Origin: Podarcis filfolensis
Taxonomy: Eukaryota
Length of the DNA stretch: 64,000 nt
Reading direction: 5' to 3' (one strand)
Assembly (NCBI GenBank): GCA_964270895.1
Contig: OZ185441.1
Position 1 is the stretch's first letter. Each line of letters begins with the position of its first letter. The translations under genes were made by a program, and so were the position numbers. The notes below the pieces were generated by a model. The model made no database searches. It was not told the DNA's origin and saw nothing but the letters and a program-made list of their open reading frames with translations. This document shows, in pieces, positions 40,801 to 52,800 of this stretch.

Positions 40801-43800
40801 GATTTGCCCCTCATCTGTTTCCACGGTAAGAGTAGTGGTTGCCACCAGACCAGCACTGTGTTTCCAATGTTCCACCTCCCACCTTCTGGTCTTAGTGTGA
40901 CCTAGCAGACCCATGGTTGCTACCAGCTTAGTGCTACTAGCCTTTAAAGGAGGCCATATCTGAGCCAATCCTTTAAGAAGTGTTTCTAGATCTCAGTTGC
41001 ATGAAGCAAAATGACATAGTAACTGCTAAAACTACATGATCTAGAAAGAGGCTAGATGCAGCTTTTGAGTTTGCTTTTGCTCATTTCACTCCACAGGCCA
41101 GTAATAGACACAGTATAGACCCTGACACAGCCTTGGCTTAATAATCAAGTGATTGAACACTCATGCTTTTTCACCTTTCTTTTATTATCCAATTGCTCTG
41201 CCTCCCCACTCTATCACCTTAGCTGCCCTTCAGTGTCATGTTTGACCATAATCTCAAAAAACATAGTTTGGGGGTAGCCTCCTGATGCTGGTAAGACTAA
41301 CGTTCCCATCATCCATGACACTGGTTAGTGCTGGCTTAAGCTAATGGAAATGTAGTCTCAAAACATCTGGAGGGCACCATGTTGGCTACCTGTTCAACAG
41401 TCAGTGAACTTGGATTTAGGAGCACCATGGGTAATTTGTTTGTGTAGCATCACATCTGCATGAGGCTTGTCTTTCGTTTTTCCTGTATCACCACAGTATT
41501 TCATAAACAAATGTATACCGCTTAATAAAAATAAGCAGTTTACATAAATAATGGAATATTGATAATAACATTTAACAAAATTCCTAAAAGTGAAGAGAAA
41601 CAATAACACAAAGTGATGCACCACAGGTAACATTGAGCATCGTACTAAACAGATAATTAAAAATTAAGAGTCCAGGAAAGCTTGGGTAAAAGTATATTTT
41701 AAGAGGCATTACCCAAGAGGATGGGTGACAATGCAGGAAGCAGGCCTTCTTGGTGATGTCACAAAGTGACAATTGTCTGGTTGTGGAACGGCCAGCAGTG
41801 TCTCTGTGGAAGATCTTAAAGATCAGGTTTGGATCCTGGTGCCAGGTTGTGTAGGTTTTAAATTCCAGCAACGAAAGCCTGAACGTAGCTCAGTAGCTAA
41901 TAGGCAGCTACATTAATTTCTGGAGTATCCTTACTACTTGAGCGAGTCACATAATTTATAAGAATAAATTAATGATGCTGGCTCTTTGATTTGACACTGA
42001 ATACTGCAATATTGTTCACTTGGCAAGAATGCTAAGCAGCAGCAGTGTCCTCATTTCTAGTTCACACTTAAATATGTAAAATTGACTGCCATTTTATATT
42101 ATGACAACTGTCTTGAAGAGGTTTATATTGACTGAAGAGTGCTTAAAAATTAGGGCCTCATGTACAGAGGTCAAAAGTAATATTTGCCAATGATTAGTTA
42201 ATGTGCATATTCAACTGAGAGATTATCTCTCAAAGACAGAGAGCATGCTTTGCACAAAGGAAATCCCAGGAATCTCATTTTAAAAAGGGCTGTCAGGTGA
42301 TGGGGAAGACCGACTGTGACCTGAGGGAGCTGTACCAATACAGTAGGCAATAATGGATTGTATGGCTCAGACCATGCAATCTAACCATCTAACCATATTC
42401 AGCTACTAACTCCCACCCACATTTGGGCTTTTCATGTTCCCACACAATAGTTACCCTAAAAGAGCAGTTCCAGTAGCTTCATTTGGAGATGAATGAATAA
42501 GTGGAGACGTTGAAGGTCTGAAACTGTATTGTTCATCATCTGAAATCTGTATACAAGGCATAGGAGTTGTAGGTGTCTGTTCTGTTACTCCAACAGCATT
42601 ACCTGAATATTTTAAAAAGGAGATGTTGAAATTAATCCTCCTAGCGATGGAAAGAATGACTTCAGATTATCAGTGACTATCCACCTCAGGAGGCAGTACT
42701 TCTCAACAGAAATTTGCCTACGTTTAGGGATTTCATATTTAGCTATGAAATACCTAGACATAAAAATGGTAAAACAGTGAAGTATATGATAGAAGGATAT
42801 CCTTGAGATGTAGCATTCTGACTGTGCACAGCCCCACCTTTTTACTATACATAAAATGCAGGTGTCAGCCCAGATGCCAACCTCTTAATGATCAGAAAGA
42901 ACTATGGCAGTTTATGTCCCATGTTTGTCATGAGATGACATCCTATAAAGATATATTTAGCAATTGTGCTCAAATTCTTCAGATGGGCATTTCTTCAACA
43001 GTGAAGCGGTTGCTGAAGCTTGCCTCCTTTCAAGTGCCAGTAGAAAGGGCAGACTGTATAATCAATAATAAATTATTTATTTAGAATAAATAAGAAATTA
43101 TTATTATTAGCCCTGTTTAGGGAAGTTTTTAATATTTAATGCTGTATTGTTTTTAACACTCGATTGGCCGCCGCCCAGAGTGGCTGGGGAGACGCAGCCA
43201 GATGGGCGGGGTATAAATAATAAATTATTATTATTATATAAATTATAGAATGTGGCAACCAAAATCATTGGGATTCTTTCCAGGCATTGCTTTCAAAACG
43301 ATGGCAAACGGGAGAAATACACAGCAGAGGTGTCTTGGCTACTAATAAACCAAGTTGTGGCCAGCTCAAAATCTGTCCCCTTTGTCTGAAACAATCACTT
43401 CCTTATCCCAGGGGAAATTGGTAGAGTTTTCTGGCCATGCCTGAAATACCCTTACCCGATTCTGGACAACCCAATTCAATGAATCTGTCAAAAACTGCAG
43501 GAAATGAGAATGTTTATAAATGGAAGGTCTAGCCCTGAAGCTAGTCACGCTGATACCCTTCTGCTTTGACTTAGTTATCAAAAGAACACGTTTTTAACCA
43601 CAATACTTAGAGAGTCTTACTCAGAGGGACAAAATATTCTGTGTGAATCAACCCATGGCTGCTTGAAAACAGCTATGCACCAAAGGCTACCATGGCCACT
43701 TTACTGCATGACCATTATTAGACTGATGCTCCATGAGCCACAAGTTATGAGAACTAGGTGAAAAGAATAAAGTCATACAGAATACCCATGAGGCTAGTAC

Positions 43801-46800
43801 TCCCACTTTCAGAGTGGCTGCAACTCCAAGTAATAAGGGCCAGGGAACATTTGGGTGAGATTTCTGCAGAGCTTGAACATGTTAGAGAGCGACTCAGTAA
43901 GATGCTTAAGACAAATGTATTTTGCCACATTTTAGTCCAGATTGAAATTGCTTCTGCTGAAAATCACATGCAAACACTACAATAAATTGGGAAAAATTAT
44001 GGTTTCAAATCTTGCTATCAAGCAATGTGAGAGTTGATGGAAAGAAGTGTGCTCCTTTTGTCCTTTACAATTCCATTTAAATCCAGGGGGTATAGATCTT
44101 AACAAAATTTTGGGGCAAGCCAACATAATGTTGAACTAGGTCCTGGTCTGTTAGAATAAGTGAGATCATTTCAGAAATCCAAGTAATGTCAACTGGGTGC
44201 CCTTAGTACCTGGTTACAGGCCTAGAAAAAGGACAAGTGACCTAGATTCCTGCGAACAATTTGGAGACATAATACCTCTTCTTGCCTTGTTCTGAAGACT
44301 AGGGTTCTCTGCCCAGAAGCCCAAAACCAAGCCCACCTAACTAAACTAAAACTAAGGAAGAAATAATGTTCTGTAAAAGCAACCATGCCTCAGAGGAAAG
44401 CAGCTCTCTTCCAATGGAGGCCAAGAAACAGCCTCCAGAGGTGGATGAGAGCAGTTATCAAGCACAGGAATGAAGAATAAACTTTATAAACCTATAAATA
44501 ACAAACTATTTCAGCTTACTTTCAAAGCAGGCTTCGGCAGAAATCAATATACCGATACTCTACTCACCAACATCTTTCTGATTATCAGCAGATATATTTT
44601 CAAAAGCTATACGTTTTTCATTGTTGCCGGCAGCATTCTCTTCCATTATCTTCTCATCTTGTTTCTCTTGGTATTTAATATTGGATGTAGTTTTTTCCTT
44701 ATTAGGGTGTACAGGAAGAGGGGAAAGCAATATTGGAACAGATTTTAAACTGAGGGGCAGAGTGTTCTTGCTGGTTCTTCCTTCTGATTCAGAGTAAGCT
44801 GGATAAAGAAAAAAGTGTTCACAATCCAATTATACATTTTTGACTTTACACCAGAGATGCAGGGTTTTCCACTCTTATAAATGCGTTGCAAACTTCCTCC
44901 CACACAGACCAACGGAAATTACTTATGATCTTGGCAGACCACATAATTATTTTTCTGCCTATTGTAGCATTTACAACACACTGTGATAGAAGCTGTATGA
45001 ATGTTAATTGTATTCTTATTGCATCTTTAATTGCTTATATTGTATTTTATTGTACCATAATTTGCATCCCATAGCATTCAAACCATAATGCAACATAATA
45101 CAATGTAATATGTGTGAATGCAGACACACTGTAGACCACCTGAATGCTGCTCACAGACCAGAGTTTGGGAACCTTGTTGTATACAAAATAAATAATTTAG
45201 ATAAACACATATGGGCATCAAAAGCTGATATGTGAGCTTTCTGGCTGCACATGCAGTACCTTCATGCAAGCCAGCAAACAAACCACAAACTCTTCCATTA
45301 ATTAGAGTTTGCATTTCATCTAAACTGGAAAATTATGGTTAGCAGCTTTCAAACACACCAGGATATTATGGCATGGCTGGAAGTTGGATTTGTATCCTGA
45401 TTTGTTCTGAAACTATCAAGCACAGCTGCCCAACGCAAACAAAAATAAGAAACCACAGTGCAGATTTCCTGAATTGTTTGCAGGCCCATATGAAGAGCGG
45501 TGCAAAGAGTTATGCGTGTGGTCAAAAGATCTATTCCACTGCAAAAGAGCATTTCTCTCATTACAAGCCATACTGACCCAAAGTTTTCATTAAGCTGCAT
45601 TGAAATAATTGCCATTTTGTGAATGTCAGTTGTAAATGTTCTTTTTAAAATTGCACAGCTACCGAACAGTTTATAAGACATGTTAAAGACTTACTGGGAA
45701 GTGTTTTTTCACTATCCTCCAAAGATATGGTGGTAGTTTCTGATGGTCTCTTTTCTGAATCTGGTACAGAAGAAGTCAGGTTTTTTGGAAGAAAGTCTTC
45801 ACCTATGTTAGATGCTGCTTTTAAACATTCCATTTCCTTTTTCTCAAAACTTGTTTTACAAGATGAGTCTCTGTAACTGTTTTCCTCATGTATTATGCTT
45901 AGATTAAGCTTCTCTTCTCCATGCCTGATAGACAAATTACTTTTGGACAAGTCTCTTGGAGAAGGCATTTCAGATTCCTGTTTGTACAAAACTGTACGCA
46001 AGTCCCTGGCAGTTGCTTCATCTTTAATTACGCTTTCGGATTCACCGTCATTCTCAACTTCATCAGTTTTTCTGAGATATTTCTCTATGTCAAATGTGCT
46101 ATTTTCTACATTGTTGACATAGGACTGACTTGCGGCAGAAAAGTCTGTGAGTTTGACACCTCCAGGGATGTTAGTTACTTCTCTATTTTTATTTGAGGCT
46201 TTCGTCATCAAAGCAGCGAGTTGTGCTGGATCAGTACTAACAGAAGCATTTGCAATAGCATATGCAATTGTGCTTATACTTAATATAGATGGCTCATGCT
46301 GCTTACATTCAACTTTTCTGTCTTCACATTTCTCCTAGAAGTTGGAAAAATGAAAAGTTGACATTTTTAACATCTTGTAGCAAAGCTGAACTCGTGTCAT
46401 AACGGTTATATTGCCTCCAATATCAGAGGCAGTATAGTTCTGAATACCAGTTATTGAGCATTTTAAACAGGAACTGCATCATCGCGCTCATGTCCTGCTT
46501 GTGGCCTTCCCATTGTCATTTTGGCTGGCTACTGAGAATAGAATGTGGGACTAGACAGACCTTTGGTCTGATCCAGTAGTAGTTCTGCTACTCAGACAAT
46601 TTATTCAGAAAAATTGACCAGGTTTTCCACTCGTGAGACAGTGTTTTAACTTCCAGCTTCAGGTTTAACTGTACCATATTTTTCCATGTATAAGACAATG
46701 CTTTTTGCTAAAAAAAAAAATAAGGCAAAAATTGGGTGTCATCTTATACACAGATAGTGAATATAGAGGGGGGACATGTGATTAATGGCAGCAGCAAGCA

Positions 46801-49800
46801 GGAGATTGGCAGCAGCAATTGGGCAGGCGATTGGCGCTGTGGCAAGGCAGGCAGGTGACTGGCGGCTGCGGCAAATAGGTGGGTGGGTGGGCTGTCGGTG
46901 GCAGCAAGCGGGCAGACAATTGGTGGCTGGGGCGTGGTGTGTAATTAGCAATGGCTGTGGCAAGCAATCGGCAGTGGCAGGCAGGCGAGTGAGCAATTGG
47001 TGGAAGTGACCTCCCCCACCCCCCAAAAAGCTAAACAACTTAAATTTCTGGTTAAAAAAAATAGGGGTCGTCTTACACATGGGGGCATCTTATACATGGA
47101 AAAATACAGTATTTTAGACACACTGAAATATTTGTTTCAGAATTCTTAAAAGAAATGAAATACTTTTTAACAGATATCTATTTTGCTTTTGATATCTAAA
47201 TACTTACCCTTCCTCCCTCTCTGTCTTTTGCACTCACTTCACAAAGGGTAAATGTAGCAGATGCAAAGTGCGAGTCTTCCTTAATGCTTTCTTCTACATC
47301 CCCTAAGACAAGAAAAGTTAGCTTGTGTTCGCTAGAATACTGCTTACAATAAGCCAATAAAAGAAATGTATATTGCAAAGAACAAATTGCAAAGGTTAAT
47401 GCTGCGCCTAGCCATATTCAGATCATTATCCATGTTTTCATGCTGCTGTTCCTCCTCTTTCTGTTGTATACTTGCTTTGGCACAGATACTTCTATTAACC
47501 TGATTTGTTAACTCACATTAATGTAGAGTTCCCTGGCTTGGATGCAATGGGGAATTCTGGATTAATGCAAGGCAGGAGATCCAAGTCATTGGCCAATGTG
47601 AAAAGGGGAGAGAAATGTGTTTTATGACACTATGAATGATTGTCTGAACATGGCCATTCTAAGTGTAAACACCACACAAATGTAATTAAGCACACATCTA
47701 AGATCTATTTGGAATAACAAAAATCCTATGTAAAAGCAATTTAATTCTATCTGTACTCTAACTGCTTATTTTCATACCAAGCACAGTGTGTGAGGATAAT
47801 ACTAAGCTGCATAAGGAAACCTATGATTTCTAAGCCATCCTTCATGAAAAGATTCTGGGGTGATTTACATATCTGTACCATTAAATACCACACATAATAA
47901 AGCATTAAAACCAAAATTTTAAAATCCGTTAAAAAAACCTCTTGGCCTGCATATAGCCCCAACAGGGTTTTTGACCCACAGCCCAAAATGACTTTTAAAA
48001 GTTCAAACAAAAAAAAATTTTTTCTTTCCAGTAGCACCTTAAAGACCAACTAAGTTAGTTCTTGGTATGAGCTTTCGTGTGCATGCACACTTCGTCAGAC
48101 ACTTCGCGTGCATGCACACGAAAGCTCATACCAAGAACTAACTTAGTTGGTCTTTAAGGTGCTACTGGAAAGAAAAATTTTTTTTTTGTTTTGACTATGG
48201 CAGACCAACACGGCTACCTATCTGTAACTTTTAAAAGTTCCTATGCATCCCCAGTGTTACGATACCAAAAGCTTTTTGCGATACCTCTGTGTCTTTTTTT
48301 TTTTAAAAGAAATTTAAAATTAGCTATCCTCACTTTTAGACTTCAGCCATGCCCACTTTGACATGTTGCCCCTGGAGGGGTTGGCCATGAGTCAATCCTG
48401 CCCTCTGCATGAAAAATATGAGCTGCTCCTTACATTAATATGAAACAGCATGAAACCCTGCAGGACCCTGCAGCATGGTTGCCAGGGGGCAGAGCAGTCC
48501 TCTAATGCCATTTTGGAATATGCTCAATATAAAACACAGACCCCAATTTCTTGCCCTCACTTAAACTCTGTTGGCAGGCTAGCAGCATAGTCTGCAACTG
48601 TATGCTATATAGCGTTATCAGACTCGGCCCAATACATAATCAGGTTTTGGAAATGAAGTGAACAATTGGCTAACATCATGCGTGGCCAGCGTGATGCCCT
48701 TCAGGTGTTGTGAACAGTCCATTAGCCATGCTAGTGGGAAGTATGAGAAACTGTAGTTCACAATCTTTGGAGGCCACTAGGTTGGCTTCGCCTGATAAAA
48801 CAGCTACTTGCACAGAATTCTTAGGTTTCGGGAAATTATTAGGTTTACAAGAAATTACCTTGAAGAGTAGATGTCTGAGAATTCTGTTCATCAGTGTTTG
48901 TTCTAGATACATCAGATTGCCTCCACAAAGGAAGAGGTTGTCTCTTTTCCGGTGAAGTAATGTGATAACCAAAAGATGGCTGTAAGAGGAAACAACGTTC
49001 GTGATAAATGCTTTGAGAAACATGTAGTAATAGAAGCTGGCCAACACAGCGTCTAGATCTGGAAGATGTCAAACTTGCCTTCAAATATTTGCTTCTTTGC
49101 CCATGTTTCACAGTCCATTGTAGAAAATAACTCAACAGGTGTTTACAGGCACATGAGACTACCTCATGGACAAGTCAGTAATGGGCTACATAAAATGCAG
49201 TAGTTCTCCGGGGTCTCAGGCATATATCTCTTTCAGTCCTTCTATCAGAGATATTTTAATGAATTTGGACGGCACTAAACCTGCATTCTCTGTATGCAAA
49301 GCATATGCTCTATTACTCAGCGATGAGCCTGCTCATTTACTTATTTCTATTTTGTAGTCTGAGAGGAATCTTGTCAAAAACCAAGTATGTACATATAGTG
49401 GTAAAAGTATGTGGACAAGACAGCTACGTACCCGTTTCACATCACCTCCTCCTCCGAGACAACCAAGAGCCTCAGACCTCTGACCAAAGAACTCTCCTAG
49501 AGAGAGCCGTAGGTAACTAGCATCTTTGCTAAAGTCAGTTTGTGAACCTCTTAGTGGGTTGCCATTATTAACACATTTCCATGAAGAGTCCTCTAATCCA
49601 GAGGTATTTTGCAGTTCCATTTTCTCTTCCTGAAAATGTAGCAAACAAAAACGTCAAGAATTATCATTACCTATAGACAAAAGGATCATAATAGCCTCTT
49701 TACGATGTTTCCTACCTGAATAAATCTGTGTTCCCTTTCAAATTCTTCTTGATCTTGGTCAATCACAGCCATTGCTTCAGCTTTTCAAAGAGTAAGAGGG

Positions 49801-52800
49801 AAGAAAAGGAAACGATTAAACTCTTAGCATATCCCACATTCCCTAGGCAGAATGGATGAATGAGTGAAAGGTAAAGTAAACGTGAAGTAAAAATTACATT
49901 AAAAATTAGGCATATTTTATATACTGAGCCTAGTTTCCTGTAAGGTCATGTAATGTTAATATGCAATTTGCTTAGCTCCATCAGCTGAATGTTTTAAGTC
50001 AGCTAAAAGCCTATTTGCTTACTCAGGCTTCTTGAGTTGTTTAAGCCAGTTCAGCTACTGGCTATGATGTTTTTAATTGATGGATTTAAAAAAATAATTT
50101 AGTTATTATTTCCTGATTTCTATTTGTAATTTCGTGATACTTGTAGCTACTTAAAGAGATTTTTTTCTAAAAATGTCACCAGTGTATAAATCCAAAGAAA
50201 TAAATAAAATTTAAAAGTTTTGTGTGGTTTTGTGATATTAGGGTAATACCAACTGTAAGAAAAGACCGATATTTATTATTCAAGGAGAACGGCTTTGAAT
50301 AAAAACAAGCTTTTGTATCATCTGAAGCCCTGGTCTTCTGTGCTGCTGTCTTTGTAAGGAGCAGAGCTATCAGCAAGGAAATCTGAAAGCCATGCCAGCC
50401 CCTTTCCTCTACCATTATTTAATTTCAGCAGTTTTGTAAGTAATACTACAATTGAAGTCTATCACAACTAATATCCTAAGTTTAGAGAAGTCAGGTTACT
50501 TATGCTGTTAATTGTTTTAACACTGAAGTTTCAGTTACCCAAAGAAGTATTTTTGTTTCACTGTCATGCAATTGGCATCTGCATTACATTACCTACAAAT
50601 ATGTGGAGAATCTTGGTGACCCATGTCCTAACATATAATTAATCTTGTAGTACAAACTTACTCAAGGCAGGTCAAAGGAAAGCTTTGCAAGACCCCTGCT
50701 ATGTTTCCTACTTATCTTTGTGGAAAGGGGTAATTTAAAACAGAAGTGAAAAAAATAATCTCGAGAAATCAAGGGAGCTCCGACAAAACTCCTTCTGATA
50801 CTGACATATTTTGTAAATGCAGGTGTCTGTTCTTTTAAGATTAGGACGTGATATGCAACCAAGACATTTCCAAAGATTTAAAAGTATAATAAGACTTACA
50901 TCCAGCTACAAAGTCTCCACTTAAGTTTGAGAAATTGGATACTTGTTCTTTATTAAATGACGTGTAGTAAGCAAGATCTGTCACCCATCTACCATCTTCA
51001 TTTTGATACACAACATCATGTGGTGGGTCCTCTAAAAAAGGAATCACATGTTGTCTTTAGCTTCCTCCACTTTCAGTCATGATACGCATGTACATGAATG
51101 AGTACATTACAATATAGCACAAATAAGGTTCCTAATCCAAAGGATGTTACTACCTAGACTTTGACCATTGGGGGAAGGAAAGGAAAGCTAACAATGAGTT
51201 GATTTAAAAAAACAACAACAAGAAGCAATACATGCATGCTTTAACTTAGTGGTTAAATCAAAACTGAACCGGGATATTCAAAAGCTACTTTTGTTCCACT
51301 CTCATTTTCAAGTAAGCTACAGTATTTCATCTGTATAGACTAAAGCCATGTGCTGTTTACATCAGGCATAACACAAAAGCATTCAAAGCAGCCACCCACC
51401 AAATCAGCAACATCTCAAAATCAATCCAGAAGCACACAGGAGCTAGCATTTAACTAACCTTCTGCTGTACATTCATATTGCTCTGAACCTTTGTAAGCAC
51501 TTGGAGACAGGTATGCATCAGCCAGAGGAACATAATTTTCATTAGCAAGCTGCGACAGATCAGGAAATTGGGTTTGCTGTTCTGTGTGCCATATCTCAGA
51601 AGCAGCATTACTGTCAGCAATGCATTTAAAGTAGAGAGAATCTAGCTTTAATTCACAGTTGGTTACGTTTGTGGCATCCTTTTATAAAAAGCAAAAGGAA
51701 AGAGAGAGAGTTACTTTATTAACTGGACAAAAATGTTCATTTTCTTTTTAATGTCAATTAAGAGATACTTTCCCAGACCAATTTTAAATAACCTCATGTA
51801 GTAAGGTTTTCTATAATTGCTCAAGGACTTTCATTGAGTATGGTTTTAGCAAGCAATTTAAAGTGTTTATTGCTGTTAAGTAGTGTATGCCATTTGGGCA
51901 ATTTTACCGGGAAAGCTCCCTCCAGCTTGCATATAGGATCATCAGCTAGGTACTGTTAACTATAGTGCTCATTGTGGTGATGGGGAGAGGAGGAAGGGAC
52001 AAAAGGAACAAGTTAATGTTGCCTACTCAAGGTATTGGCATGAGACAGATGACTACTGGTTGGAAAAAAATAATAGGGATTTGCATGTGTGATTGATTCA
52101 TAAACTCTTGAGAAGCTTTGGAAATTCAGACTACTCAGAATGTTTTCCTTAAAAAACAGAAACAAAAAGTATCCCCAACACTTGCTCAAAAAGAAGTCTG
52201 GTTTATTTAAAAAAGAGATGATCCCCTGTTAAAAGAAACTGGTGATATCCAACTCATACTCAGAGTAGACCCATGAACAAGTTACTTAAGATTATTTATT
52301 TCAATGGGTCTACTCTAGGAGATACCCAACATTAGGTCAAACTCAGTATCTTGAGCCAGAATACATGGATTCTGATTTTCAGTCCTCTACTTACATTTCT
52401 GCTGCTGCTGACTGCTTTCGTCTTTACAGATATTCCATCTTCCTCACTACAGTCATGACAACCTGCAGTGATACAGCTATTTAGCATTGATTTTAAATGA
52501 TATGAAAGAAATGTTGTAATAGAAAAAAACATTTAATAGGTAACACATCTAGGCATCAACATGTTATTCCCACAGTACTTTGGGCTTCATTACTATACCA
52601 TATTTTCCTCATTATATTCATTTTTATTCAATATGCATTTTTTAAAAGATGCTTAAAATTTGTCATGACACGATTGTGCCTTTTAAGGAGGCACAGAATA
52701 AACTCAGTTGTACCAAATTGATATGCACATTCAGTACATTAAAATGTCACCATCAATAACAGAGCTGCTACCTAGGGCATCTGAAGAAGCGTGTTGATAA

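Noticed and set aside
41391-41520. Exon-like segment with AG acceptor and CAG|GTAGCC donor between coding exons 18 and 19
   Set aside because: Stops in all three frames, no homology, and exons 18 and 19 already join in phase.
46782-47080. GC-rich repetitive ORFs on both strands
   Set aside because: They lie inside a TA-flanked non-autonomous DNA transposon; artefacts of its degenerate repeats.
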